A DNA stretch of 64,000 bases from Podarcis cretensis. Its lineage: Eukaryota. Shown here one piece after another: positions 1-12,600 of the stretch (position 1 is the first letter of the stretch; the number at the start of each line of letters is the position of its first letter). The stretch is from NCBI GenBank assembly GCA_951804945.1, contig OX638150.1, forward strand, positions 38,316,001-38,380,000. The letters are read 5' to 3'. The notes under the pieces were generated by a model. That model saw nothing but the letters and a program-made list of their open reading frames with translations, had not been told where the DNA came from and did no database searches. A program made the position numbers and the translations under genes.

Positions 1-1661
1 TTTGTAAGTTTATGAAAAATTGTTTATGTAGGATCCCTAGACTAAAATTCCAAGATTCTTTGAGGGGAAGCTGTGGCAGCTAAACCAGTTTATATTGATG
101 ATAAATATATGGCCTCAGAGTGCATGAGGCTTTTCTGCACTTTCACAAATCTACATTTCCCAACTTTGTCCCCTTCAACAGACTAGAAAGTTGGGAAATA
201 AGTACCCATTTAAATATAAATCAGCTAGCATGGTACCAAGTGAGGTTATATTGTTCTAGCTTGCAGTTTTAGAGGGTAGACAAAAATGGGATGGTGACTC
301 TAATTTTGAAATTATCAAGTTACATAAACATCAAAATATTGCCTTTGGCTTTAGAACCACTTTTTAGCATCACTTACAGCACACCTATGAATGATTACCT
401 AGTCATATGTTCCATTGATCTCAAAGGGGCTTACTGCCTTGTAAGTTTGTTTAGGATTACAGCTTTAATCAACACTCCTGCATTTGTAAATTTTGGTTTA
501 CTCTTCTGGGAAGGGCTCCCATTCTGAACATGAGATTACTGTGAGTTCAAGTGGACAGACTTACTAAGGGACAAACATCAGCAGGAGAGGGGAGGCACCA
601 GTTGTTGAGAAAGAGGAATGTATATGTCTGAGGTCTCTGAATATTCTACCTTGCAACGGCAGTGGAGCTGCCAGTAGAGAAGAGTTTCTATTATACGCCT
701 GTCATTTCAGTAGACAGCAATGCCTCAGCAATAAGATAAAACCTGTCAACACACCAAAACTGCTTTGATCAGGAACAGAAGATGTCAAGTGCGTAACAGA
801 AAAGATTCTGTCTCCCCCAAAGAAGTCAGCAGTTAGCTTGGCTCTGCGCTGAAAAATAGAAGGGGAATGAAAGATAGAAAAGGTAAAACATGGGAGGAGG
901 GCCAATATGAGAGAAAGAAGGAAAGAAAAATGTAAGTGGGAAGTTGTAGAGTTTGTGTGTGTGTGTTTTGATGTTTCACAGACATTAAAGTTTATTGCCA
1001 AGGTCAGCATTTCTGTTTCACGTGATATTGAGGAAGGCGGTGCATATATTGCGTTTCTGCATGCTCAAGTGGTGGAAGGGACTTATATCAGGAATAGCAG
1101 TTTGTGAAACTAGTAAGTTTCAAGTCAAAGTTGATCAAAACTCCCTTGTCTGTCTTATGAGAGCAGTGGAGAGAATGTCAGTTTCCCCCCGTGACACAGA
1201 ATCACATTCAGATGTGTCACATTTACATTTGTTTTTTTAAAATATTTTTTATTAAAGATTTTCCTCGTTTACAAAAGCACATGCATTGTCTCTTTCTTCA
1301 GGTTGTGTTTTCTACAGATCAGTTACATTTGTTGTAAGACATTGGTGTTATATGCAGTATAGAGTTGGGGAAAAGGAAGAGGGATGGGAGAGAGGGGGTG
1401 GTAAAGCTTATGTTCTTTTACTTAGTGTATGTGTGGGGCTTTGTGTCAGCGTCACTTGAGTAGGTTCTCTTTCTATTTGCTTGTTATGTTTCCTTGGTGG
1501 TGAGAGAGGTTGGGGTGGCCTAAGGTATGGTTGATTTGTTTGTGCGTGGGGAGGGGGTTGTTAAGTTAGCCATATTGAATTGTATGCTGTCGGTGGGTTC
1601 GTATTGTTGTCTTGTTGGGCTGTGTATGTGATAAAGGGGAGCGTCTTCTTCTACAGTGGTA

Positions 1662-2024
1662 AAGGTAAAGGTAAAGGTACCCCTGCCCGTACGGGCCAGT
1701 CTTGACAGACTCTGGGGTTGTGCGCCCATCTCACTTAAGAGGCCAGGGGCCAGCGCTGTCCGGAGACACTTCCGGGTCAGGTGGCCAGCGTGACATCGCT
1801 GCTCTGGTGAGCCAGAGCCGCACACGGAAACACCGTTTACCTTCCCGCTGGTAAGCGGTCCCTATTTATCTACTTGCACCCGGAGGTGCTTTCGAACTGC
1901 TAGGTTGGCAGGCGCTGGGACCGAGCAGCGGGAGCGCACCCCGCCGCAGGGATTCGAACCGCCGACCTTTCGATCGGCAAGTCCTAGGCGCTGAGGCTTT
2001 AACCCACAGCGCCACCTGCGTCCC
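1662..2024 (-). mobile_element. Full-length Sauria SINE
   Basis: tRNA-like head with B box GGTTCGAATCC, (ACCTTT)n tail, 10-bp TSD tacagtggta at 1652-1661 and 2025-2034. Confidence 0.92.
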
Positions 2025-2212
2025 TACAGTGGTACCTCGGGTTAAAAACTTAATTTGTTCTGGAGGTCTGTTCTTAATCTGAAACTGTTCTTAACCTGAG
2101 GTACCGCACAATTTCTGTTCTCATCCTGAAGCAAAGTTCTTAACCTGAGGTACTATTTCTGGGTTAGCAGAGTCTGTAACCTGAAGCGTCTGTAACCCGA
2201 GGTACCACTGTA
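2025..2212. mobile_element. Tc1/mariner-superfamily (Tigger/pogo-like) MITE
   Basis: TIR CAGTGGTACCTCGGGTTA...TAACCCGAGGTACCACTG with TA flanks; same family at 20411 and 56658. Confidence 0.9.
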
Positions 2213-3393
2213 TTTGTGTCAGTTTCAGTCTATTGGTTAGCTGTTTAAGTCTGTTTCCCATACTACTTGATACCAAGGTTCCATGTTTAATCCTGACAGG
2301 CCCCTCCATTGTCTGGCTATGATGTCTCTGTCTGCTGAGAGTAGATGGGTTATGAGCTCTTTATAGTGTGAGTGGGCATTGTTATTTTGGAAAATGTTCA
2401 GTAGGGTCAATTCTGGGATGTCTTCTAGTACCTGTTTAGTTATTTTGCTTATTTCTTGTATGACTGCTGTCCAGAAGAGTTGGGTTTGGGGGCATTCCCA
2501 CCACATGTGGAGGTATGTGCTTGTGGAGGTGCATCCTCTCCAGCATTTTAGTGAGGTTCCTAGGCGTATCAGCGCCAGTTTCCATGGTGTTAGGTACCAT
2601 CTGTAAGTGAGTTTCAGAGTTCTTTTCTTTTTGCGATATGGATTTAAAGGTAGGTTTAGACTACATTCTAGTCCATTGGGTGGAGTTAATTTCGTAGTCT
2701 AGATCATCCTCCCATTGTTTTTTGATTGCATCTAGGGGTTTTGTGGGGCTTTGGAGCAGTGTTTTGTATATTGTGGATACCATCCCCTTGCCATGGCCTG
2801 CTGTTGTTATGAGATGATTTTAGAAGGTGGTCAAGGGCCTAGGGGCTGTTGATTTTACTACTGGATTGTTTAGGAAGGCGTGCAGTTGGTGGTGTGTTAG
2901 CCAGGGTATTTGGGTGTCCCCTAGTTTGTTTTGAATTTCTTGTGTCACTATGGGTTTGTTATTTTTGTAGAGGTCTGCTAGGCCATATAGGCCTTTGGCT
3001 TGCCAGGTTTTTATCTGGAGATTTTGTGCTGTGTGGTGGATAAGTGGGTGGTGAGCTAGTGGGGATGGGGTTGGGGTTGGGGACAGTTTGCCTGCTTCTT
3101 CCTTCCATGCTTTAAGCGTGGTCTGTGTCTCTCCAAGTGCATCCATTGTTTTATCTCGTTTTCTAGAATGTATGGGATTACGTGGTGCACTTGGTTGGCG
3201 ATGCAGTAGGAAATTGCTTTTCTCAGATTTCCCCCTTACAGAAAAATACAAGAATAGGAGTGATGTGAAAGAGAAGACTATAGGAGTGTATGCACAGACT
3301 AATTTTTTTGTAGCATTTAAACTGAAGAAAATCGGTAGTGTTCAACTGCTGTTCTCTATCTATGCTATACTAACAATACAATTCTGCACACGC

Positions 3394-3686
3394 TTTGTTG
3401 TTGTTATTGTTGTTTAGTCGTTTAGTAATTTCCGACTCTTCATGACCCCATGGACCAGAGCACGCCAGGCACTCCTGTCTTCCACTGCCTCCCGCAGTTT
3501 GGTTAAACTCATGTTCGTAGCTTCGAGAACACTGTCCAACCATCTCGTCCTCTGCCGTCCCCTTCTCCTTGTGCCCTCCATCTTTCCCAACATCAGGGTC
3601 TTTTCCAGGGAGTATACTCTTCTCATGAGGTGGCCAAAGTATTGGAGCCTTAGCTTCAGGATCTGTCCTTCCAGGGAGAAGTCAGG
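3394..3686 (-). mobile_element. RTE-BovB LINE 3' fragment
   Basis: LEKTLMLGKMEGTRRRGRQRTRWLD...AWRALVHGV, (CAA)n tail, degenerate TSD gcaca..tttgt. Confidence 0.92.
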
Positions 3687-4409
3687 GCACAGTTTTTGTG
3701 GTGTAATAAGACTTCATGGTATGCCAATACTGCCAGAGGTCTAAAAGTAGGCTCCACTTATACCTGACATTTTGGCTTAGGTCTGCTGAATTACCTCTAG
3801 TTAGTATTTAGAGGATGATTTCAACTATCTAAATACAGCAGTTAGCAAAGCCACAGCGGATGCAATTATTTACAGTTGAGTCTGGGAGATCTTAGAAAAC
3901 TGGATTTATATTAAGTGTCCTAAAAAATCTTCATTTTTCTTCTTCTTTTATGTTATTAAAATACATAATCAAGAATAAAACAAAACCATCACAGAAAACA
4001 GCTATGAAATTTTGAAGCAGAAACAAAAAGGAGGCCAAAGACATCAGTAATACATTCCAGTCTTTCAATACATTCCAGAAATTATAACAAGTCTATAAAC
4101 ACCATTAATATGGATATCCCTTATGCTAATTCCATCTTCTGTCCTCTTCCACAGCATCCCTCACAACGAGAATCAGCCGTCACTTTCAGCTACTCTGACC
4201 TTCCCTCAACTTAGTGCCCTCCAGATGTTTTGTACTACAACTCCCATCTGCTTCAGCCAACATGGCAAATGGTCAGGGATGATGGGAATTGTACTCCAAA
4301 ATTATTTGGAGGTTACTAAGTTGGGCAAGGCTGAGTAGGTGGCTCTCAAAGGCAACTGGACTTGCCCTCCATGAATCTGCCTGTCAGTGGCCCCTTGAAT
4401 TTCCAGCTA

Positions 4410-4540
4410 CAGATGAGCACAAGTGGGAGAAGACTCCTGCTTGTAGGATTTCTATAAACATGTGGTTCGCCACTGTGTGAAGCATGATGCTGGGCTAGAT
4501 CAGTGTTTGATCTGATTGAGCATGCCTCTTCTTATGTTCC
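4410..4540 (+). mobile_element. CR1 LINE 3' end, degenerate
   Basis: gccactgtgtgaagcatgatgctgggctagat...cttcttatgttc terminus. Confidence 0.6.
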
Positions 4541-5312
4541 CACCACACCAGAACCCATTCTCAGTATGGAGGTATGCAAGAACCTGAAGGAATGATTAAA
4601 GAGTGCAGGGTGCATAGAAGCCACTCCTAGGGGCCAAAGTACATTTGGCCCTCCCAGTAACGTATTTGAGGTGGTGGTGGTGGGGAGTTGATGGGCATTG
4701 CCATTCAAATGGTGTGTGCACACTGTGTCTTGTGATCGATTATGTAGGGTGGGGCTTACCTGCCTGGGGGGGGGCATATTTTATTCAGGGTGTAATTAAA
4801 TAAAGAAAACTAAAGAACATTTGCTAGGGGATAAAAACGGGGTAAGAAGAGAGCATGGAGGTGCCAGTATGAACTTGCGTCCTTCGGACTGCTTGACCAC
4901 TGGTAAACTGACAATGTGTCACCTCAAATACTAAAGGAAGGGTTATTATATTTGACTGGATGCAACTCCTGAAGACAACCTCTCATTTAAGTTTAGCCTC
5001 TCCACTTTAGCTGTCTCAATCTGTCATCCGGTAACATTTAGTTTCGTGTCCAATGTTAAAAATCAGCCATTCACTAAGCTGCCACAGTGCCTAAGAGCTG
5101 ACATGTCAAACATTGTGTAACTGGCAATTAACATGTCCTATTTACTTTGTTGAGGGAAACGTGTTGGAAGAAATGTTTCCCCAAGAGAATAGCTTAGTGG
5201 GAGAAGTGTGGGTTGTTACTGTGTGGTGTTGGGGCACTCAAAACCAAATTGGGCGAGCTGTTGCCAGAATACAGATATAAAATGCTGACCTCGTTCTCTT
5301 AACACACCTTTT

Positions 5313-6447
5313 TTAAAAAAAATAAATAAATAATGTTTATTACTTTTAAACACTACAAAAAAAAGAAAAAAGAAAAAAGAAAAACAAAAAAACCCAATAC
5401 AATACAATATAAAAACATTACACAGCACTGACACCATAAACAAAACAAAACAAAACAAAACAAAAACAGTTTAACACACATCATACAATTTCAATGTCAT
5501 ATCTTTCATTTACTTGTTTCGACCTCCTCACACCTCCCTTTTTGTATTCCACTTCTGTTGATTGTTTCAGCAATTCCTTTCCATCTTCCTCTGTTTTCTA
5601 TCCTATAATTATCTTAACATATTCTAACCTTATTTTTCCCTAATACTCTAATAATCTATTTAAACTTAATTCCTTATAACATTTCTACTAAAGCCATATA
5701 ACTTCATTCCAACATTTTTCTAACATTCATTAATTTTACAATATTTCTATAAATAGTCTTTAAACTTTTTCCAGTCTTCTTCCACCGACTCTTCTCCCTG
5801 GTCTCGGATTCTGCCAGTCATTTCCGCCAGTTTCATATAGTCCATCAACCTGGTGATCTTCTGTCTGATGCTCTTAGCTCTTTTCCAAGTCCCTTCTGCA
5901 GATCTTCTTCATATTTATACAAAAACTTTACTTTGTCTTCTACTGATCTTATTTTTATTTTCCTTCTTTTGAAGCTGAAGAGTAGACCTTGGGGAAACTC
6001 CCACCTGAAGATGATTTTATTCCTTCTCAGCAAGGCAGCCAAATCTCCGTAGTTAGACCTAAGATCCAAAAGGTATTTCGGGGCGTCTTTAAAAATTTCC
6101 ACTCTTGGCTGTTGTACCTCCAGGCTCCTCCGGTAGTGCCAACAGTCTCCCACTCTGTTCCTCTCCCTTTTCCCTCCTCTTCCAAGTCTGAAGGCCCTCA
6201 CAGTTTTAATCTCTTCTTGACCCAAGTCCAAGTCCCAAAAATCAGCAAATTCCTGTGTGAGGAAATCTATCATACTTTCCTTCTCCAACTCAGGTAGGGC
6301 TCTGATCCTCAAATTCGTTTGTTTTTCTTTAAGCTCAATCATAGCAAGCGTCGACCTATGGTCATCCAGTTGCCTCTGCAAGGCTGGGACTCTCTCTCTC
6401 TCCAATTGTGTTACATTACATTCAGCAACAACGGCTTTCTCCCTAGC
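5313..6447 (-). mobile_element. Internally deleted L1 (partial ORF1 + ORF2 tail + 3'UTR + A-tail)
   Basis: ORF1-like NLRIRALPE, IFKD, FRWEFP; ORF2 tail MDYMKLAEMTGRIRDQ...WKKFKDYL; 17-bp TSD ctcttaacacacctttt at 5296-5312 and 6448-6464. Confidence 0.88.
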
Positions 6448-6523
6448 CTCTTAACACACCTTTTGGGAAGCAACTAACTTCCATATTCAAATGGCTCATA
6501 TGCAATGTTTTCTTTGCTTGCAG

Positions 6524-6614
6524 GCTGAAGGATCTTATGAGAAAATAAGAGTGAATTTGCTTAACTATAAAGAAGCATGCTTGAAAATGTTGCACGAGTC
6601 TGCGATCAGCCCAG
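6524..6614 (+). CDS. GLP2R: GLP2R exon 2 ([30 protein letters not shown])
   Basis: ttgcag acceptor, gtaaga donor, 91 nt; YKEACL matches the ECD helix YKQACL. Confidence 0.88.
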
Positions 6615-9600
6615 GTAAGAAAGCAACCTTCACCATCATCAACGCACAAATAATAGTTTGCGAAGCTTGTAGAAATGTGTTGTATCCAAATCAGCAGTAC
6701 ATGAACCTAACGTCACTGCAAAGATTTCTGCTTGTGCAGTGGAGCATTCACCCTCCCTCTTTCCCTGCAATCTATTCTAGGGGCTCCCTCAACCCTGTGA
6801 AGCAGATTTGGGGAAGGGAGAAATGAAAGTCCCATTTGCAAGTGGAAATCCTTGCACTGGTGGGATGTATTAGCTGAATACTGCCCTGTGATAGCTAAAA
6901 GATCATGCGTAGTAGGGCTTCTCACCAAAATGGATGCAAGTATAAAGAGCAAGAAATGGTCGAAATTTGGTGAGCAGGATAGGAAGAAGAATGGGCTGTA
7001 TTTTATTGAATATACTAAGATGGCATATTGCGGAATCAGAACAGCTTTTGGATCCTTTGGTGTCAAGTCACTTTCTCAGTCTCCTTCCTCACCCCTGAAC
7101 CACCCCTGAAAGGTCCCCATTTGGCATCTACCATCAGTTGGGTCAGGGCAATGAATGCTTCATTGGCAGTGGGGGTGGGAATATTGGATATGTTGCCCTG
7201 AGAATATCCTTCTCAGGGCCTAAGGATTAAACCCTTGGTATCCTCAGTCTATCAGAGGGAGAGGGATTTGTTATGACATGTTCTTGTTTGTTTGACAGTC
7301 AACAGTATTGTCAAAGCTGGTGCAGTGCAGACTGGGAGTGTGAGCTGGAACAGAAGTAGTTTAAATATAATCTCAAACAAGAACTTGCATAGACAAGCCG
7401 CTGTTCCTTCAGCCTCAGTCTTTCATTTTTAATACGGTTGTGATAATAGTACTTTTCTACTACTACCTTAAGGTGGCTGTTTACTGAGATAATTTATGCA
7501 AATGTCTGTTTGTTGTTGTTAATATTTACTGAACCTCCTTGGGAACATCTTGTTTCATTTTCTGTCAGTCATCTTAATTCATTTCCTGCTGACATTTGGT
7601 ATGAGGATGCGATCTGGCCAAGATAATAATATTTATATGTTTTCATAATAATTACTGAGGTGTTCTGTATGAATGCTATCAACATTATTTTGTTGATTAT
7701 TCATTTCTAATCCTTTCAACTAACCATTTGGCCTCTTGGGAACATCTTGTTATATTTGTTCTCACTCACCTACATTCATTTCCTGTTGATATATGTGGTC
7801 ATGATGTAGTCAAAATGATAATCAGCCAGCTTCGTGCTTGTTTTGGTTGCTCGCTTCAGTAATTTTGATGCCTTGGTTCCATTCATGCCCCCGTCCCCAA
7901 AGTTTGATTGATAAATGTTCTTGAGAACTTTGCTTGAAATCTAAATCACCATCTATATCTAGCTGAAATGCTTATCTAAGTAGCACAAGTAGCAGCTTAG
8001 CACAAGGGTGGCTGCTGGTATGCTTCACTGTAAGTCTTACGTTCAGTGCTCAAAGTGGCAGAAAAAGGAACGTAAGAGGGTTTCATTTCAAGTTTAGTCA
8101 GATTCTGTTATGTCTGTTGCAAAGAAGTGGAACTGCATCCCCTCCTGCTTTTGAGCCCTGCTTATGATCAAACTGTAAACTTCATTTAGAGGTATTAATT
8201 TAAATGCTACAAGATGTGCAGAGTTATGTATCTTATCAGTGTGGCTTGGTTTGAACACACTGCATTCCTTGGTGATCAGCTGCCTGCATCCTTTAGTGAA
8301 TGTTAAAAGACTCTCCCTCTCTCTCAGGAATATACTGCAATGGGAGTTTTGATGAATTTGTTTGCTGGCCTCATTCACCTCCAGGAATAGTCTCGGTTCC
8401 CTGCCCACATTATTTACCATGGATAGAAAATGGTAAGGCAAGACTTGGAAATATATGCACATTGCAAAGCTGTAATATATATGAGAACATTTCTCTTTCC
8501 TTTTAGAGTTCTGTACGGGTATCCTAGTCGGGCAAAGAAACTGCTAACTGAAACTCTTCAACACTGATGGCGTAGGGTAGCTTCTTAAAGAAATACTTGA
8601 ATCAAATCTCTCCTGACATATATTCAGAAATCCAATTCTGCCGCACTCCATACATAGTACGATGTATGGATTATGATGTAAAGCCAAGGTAGAAACATGA
8701 TTTTGTCAGCAGACTCCTACAGTAGTAAGGAGGAGACAATATGGGGAGGCAAGGAAGCAAGCAAGCAAGCTTTAAAGGAGCCAATGAGATCACACAAGAA
8801 CGAAAGAGGGAAGGTGGCCAGATTTACTTAATCCTCCTTTGGAATCTGCAGTCCTGAATTGGTTAATAATACAATATCAATGACTGCTTCTCAACCCCAA
8901 GCACAAATAATCGAAAGCATGTAAGATGGAATTAAGTGAAATACAATCTTATCCCTTGGGTTTAAGCACTGACAGGGGCTTTAGAAACAAGGAATTAGGA
9001 GAATTTGACAGTGTTAATCCATTGATAAATATTAAGCTTTCTACAGTTACCTCCCAAATAAACAGACATTACAAAGAGCCACATACATCCAGCCAAGTCT
9101 CCATTTTCAGGGGTCTCTAGGCAAGTGATGAAAGGATGACGGCACTAAACCATGTCTGAATAATGAAATGTGTGGCTTGACCTTTGAGCCTGCGTCTGTT
9201 TACATTTAGGAAGTGCAAGAAACGTATACAGAATCTGCTTGGACCAAGGGATTTGGAAAAAAGTTGAAAACTCCACTGTGGTCTGGGATAACCGCACTGA
9301 ATGTTCTGGGGACAGCCACTACCAGAGAAAAGTGAGTAGAGATGCCTTTTTATGGTTTAATACAGTAACCTGCTTAATCCCCTCTGGAAATCCTCTTGAT
9401 CAAATTGTTTCCACTGAGTACTTCACCTGAAAATGGGTAGTCTGTGTGTTTATTTAGAAGAGAGAATTGGGTCAACTCAGGCTGGATGCTTAGGTTGAGC
9501 ACATTCTTCCCCCAAAAATTTCTTAGATTTCTGACTGCTGAGCTGGTTCTAAAAGATATGAGGAGAATGAGTCAAGCCACTAGAAGAGAGAGGCACTATA

Positions 9601-12600
9601 TAAATATAATGAGCAATAAGTTTCACTTTCACCTTTTCTTCCATATGGTACATACAAATTCATATGGGAATCTGCACCTATAACTATTCCAGCCACATAA
9701 AACTACTCTGAGATGTAATGAACTCTCATGAGGATTTTAGCTTTTTTTAAACACACACACACACACTTTCCACCTACTAGTTACATATGGATAGGAGTTA
9801 CATGCACATAATATGGAACTCTGCAAAACAAAGAGTACTGTATAACCTTTAATCTAGAACACAGATAGAGCACATCTGGGACATTTTCCAAAATGATTCA
9901 CAGAATGTAAGTGTGGAATGTGGGATGTAATCCACTGGGAGCAGTCAAATATAACATTCCTTGTTTTCCTAGAGTGGACATGCAAGGGGATGTTGGTCCA
10001 GCCAGTTGAACTTCCTGTTACACCTGGCTGGAGCATCCTTCCTTGCATGTGACTAGTGGGTGGGCTTGACCTTTCCAGAACTGGAAAAAGGCCAAGGCAT
10101 GCTGCCACCCTCCCTCTTTTCCATCTTCCTTTCATCCTGCGAACTTCCTGGACTGAACTGCTGGCTGCCAGCCAAGCAGTCCTCCAGATCATCTCCCTTA
10201 TGGGGTAAACCTGTTTGCATATGTTTGTAACTTTAAGTCTAAAGCCTGGCTTCAGGGATCACACTGAGTGTAAGTAAAACTACTTTTTGTTACTTATGAA
10301 TAAGACTGTGGTGTCTTTATTCTTTTAGGAGAGATTTAAAAGGGGATCTTACCAGGAACCTACAATTCAATCTGAGGCAGACTGAATTGCATAATAGTAA
10401 AAGGTTCTAACGAGCCTGCAACCAGCTTTCTGCTGTGAGTAAGAAGGGGAATGTAAACTCTGCTAAGTAAAGAAGGATATTAATAAACAATATATCCTCT
10501 CCTGCCACCCTCAACATTCCCACATGGAAGTCCATTCAGGAAGAGGGAAAACAAAATGGGCAGATCATCTCTCTCTCTCTTTGCTGGCTCTACAAGCAGA
10601 ACGCACTTCCATATGTACAAGAGAAGGGGGATTTCCTTTCACTGGCAGCACCTTAAGGTGTGGTGCTCTGGATGGCCTCTCTGGTCCTGGGAATTTTGAG
10701 GGAATGGGGACTACCACTGGAGAGGAGACTATCAAGCCTAGCATACCTAGGTACCTTTGTAAGCTTACAAAGACAGCATAAAGGAGATCATAATTTTGCC
10801 ATATTGATTGCCCTCAGCATCAGGTAACCAGAGGTTCCATTTAAGTAATGACTAATAATAGGTCATCACAAATGTCTGATAAACACATCTGGTTTCCAAA
10901 ACAGTGAGGGCTTGTAGGAATGTTTAGAAAGATAGGAGAGGAGATGTTAATTAGGTATGAATCAAGACAAACAGCAATCCATGGAAAGCCCAATTGCCGA
11001 TTGGCTCTAATTCAGCAGTAAAATGCAGGTTTTCCTGGGGAAAGCACCAAGACAAACAAAAAACACACATACCATGCTTAGAGACAGAGCTTTAAAACCT
11101 GGACCTGTGCCTAAAAACATGGCACAAAATGAAGTCTGAATGAGCCCTGAGTTATGTGCTAGAGTGATCTTCTACAGATGAGATGAGAAACCTGTAGTCC
11201 TCCAGATGTTTTTCAATTACAACACCCATCATCCCTGGCCACTGAACATATGACTGGGGCTGATTGAAGTTGATGTCCAACAAAACTGGGAGGACCACAA
11301 ATTTCTCATTGCTGTTCTTCAGAATTTTCTCTCCTGGCATGATCTCTTTCCCAAACTTTACATCAATTTAACTCCTTTGCTTCTCTGCTGTTCTTAGGAT
11401 GAAGAACAAACATTGTGGATCTCCACCCTGTACATTTATACTGTGGGATATACTTTTTCTCTTGTTTCCCTTGTCTTAGCGCTTTTCATACTGATGCTGC
11501 TCAGGTCAGTATAATCTACCTTTCAGTAAAACATGGTGTTCTGGAATTACCCAGTGGTACATTTTCCAGTTGCCAGGAGCTGGGATTTGGACCTGGGTTT
11601 GCATTATAATCTAACGTTAAATGATGGCTGGTGTCATCCTGGACAAAGTGAGAGAAACTTCCCTCTTCCCAGATCAATCAAAGGATCCGCTCACCTAATA
11701 ATAATGCTGAAGTTGCCCTGGTCATACCACACCTATGAGACCATGAAATCAGTACAGTTTTAATTGCATTGCGTATCATGGCAGCTGAGAGGGATAGAGT
11801 GGTGATCAGATATTATCAGTGGGTCACCTGTTACCTGAGCATTATAAAAGAAGGCAAAAGATTGCATAATGTAAGTAGGCCCTTGTGCAAGGAATAAACT
11901 AGATGTTGACTAACAAGCTTCCAAATCTAATGTTTCCTACACAAAAGTATTGCAACAAATGAGCAACGCCCACAGGAGAGAATAAATTAATTGGACATGA
12001 TTCCTATTAATGCTTGCCTGCCTACTGATTCTCCCCTGAAAATGTTCACACAAGCAGTTTCTAACCCTCCCCAGAGAAGCAGTTGTGCTCCAAAACTGGA
12101 GATGAACCCAGCTAGTGTGGAAATGGCAGAGGTGGGTGGGAATCTTTGTAGCCAGCATGAGTTAAGCATCCCCCTTCTGCTGATCTTCTCCTGTAAGTGT
12201 TCCACTAGTCTCAGCACTCCCATTCTTAGCAAATTATTGGCTGGGATGAGAGATGTCGTCCCACCCTAAGCAGTGTTTGTCTTTTTCTGCTGCAACATGG
12301 GGCCATCTAATAGCAATGGCAGCAGTGAGGTCCTCTTGCTCATCAGCCCTATAGGAGGGACACACACACACACACATTTTTATTTAGGAGCAGGCATCCC
12401 CAGCTCTGCAGTTCTCTGCAGAGAGTATATGTTGTAAACCACACATACCACACCAACTTTCCCACTGCCTCTTTTCCTTTCTTGCTTCACAGAAAATGAG
12501 CAACAGAGATGGGAACTCCTATACTCTTGGTTGTCAGGTGTGCTCAGCCCAATGTGGGATAAGACAGAAATTATGCTACTGGCCCAACGTGCAGGCCTAG

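Larger units (their letters stand above)
1232..3780 (-). mobile_element. 5'-truncated degenerate L1-clade LINE (ORF2 C-terminus + 3'UTR), interrupted by a MITE, a SINE and BovB
   Basis: CWRGC...YLHMWWECP cysteine-rich motif (~2550-2490), IIARQWR; AATAAA and A-rich tail at ~1253-1232. Confidence 0.85.

Noticed and set aside
291-1240. ORFs and GT donors (441, 541, ~1113) as GLP2R exon 1
   Set aside because: No signal-peptide-like frame ending at a phase-0 donor; exon 1 probably lies upstream of the window.
1930-2024. tRNA-like sequences here and at ~58800
   Set aside because: SINE heads with A/B boxes, not full cloverleaf tRNAs.
5845-6405. 186-aa ORF as a host gene
   Set aside because: L1 ORF1 fragment inside a TSD-flanked, A-tailed insertion.
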